Below, in pieces: positions 63,981-64,000 of a stretch of 64,000 nt of DNA (the first letter of the stretch is position 1; every line of letters begins with the position of its first letter). A program made the position numbers and the translations under genes. The DNA comes from Octopus bimaculoides (taxonomy: Eukaryota). Location of the stretch: NCBI RefSeq assembly GCF_001194135.2, contig NC_068981.1, positions 158,468,007 to 158,532,006 on the forward strand, given 5' to 3'. Below the pieces are notes generated by a model that ran no database searches, was not told the DNA's origin, and saw only the letters and a list, made by a program, of their open reading frames with translations.

Positions 63981-64000
63981 ATATATATATATATATATAT

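Overview
Eukaryotic, AT-rich, microsatellite- and transposon-rich genomic DNA with seven N-gaps. The SINE and repeat families look like those I recall from octopus genomes, so the taxon call is recognition, not a search result. The + strand carries 32 GT-AG exons (1257-63757) that splice phase-to-phase into one uninterrupted ORF of 5107 nt (about 1702 aa). It encodes the tail, linker, AAA1 and start of AAA2 of a single-headed inner-arm axonemal dynein heavy chain, closest to DNAH3. The start codon and the C-terminal half were not found in the window. Introns hold tRNA-type SINEs, Tx1/L1 and RTE LINE fragments, mariner/Tc1, hAT and Gypsy relics, TTAA (piggyBac-type) MITEs and Penelope-like ends. 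I found no prokaryotic system, CRISPR array or RNA gene. Most notable observations: (1) a sharp CpG-rich to CpG-depleted switch inside the gene near exon 14, suggesting a fossil germline methylation boundary and possibly an internal promoter; (2) conserved dynein motifs whose genomic codons differ from the family consensus by one A-for-G, which could be restorative A-to-I editing or simply G>A drift; (3) a SINE ending in the same 3' tail as a Tx1-like LINE; (4) hammerhead-core motifs in Penelope-like ends; (5) nested, self-amplified and fold-back repeat structures.
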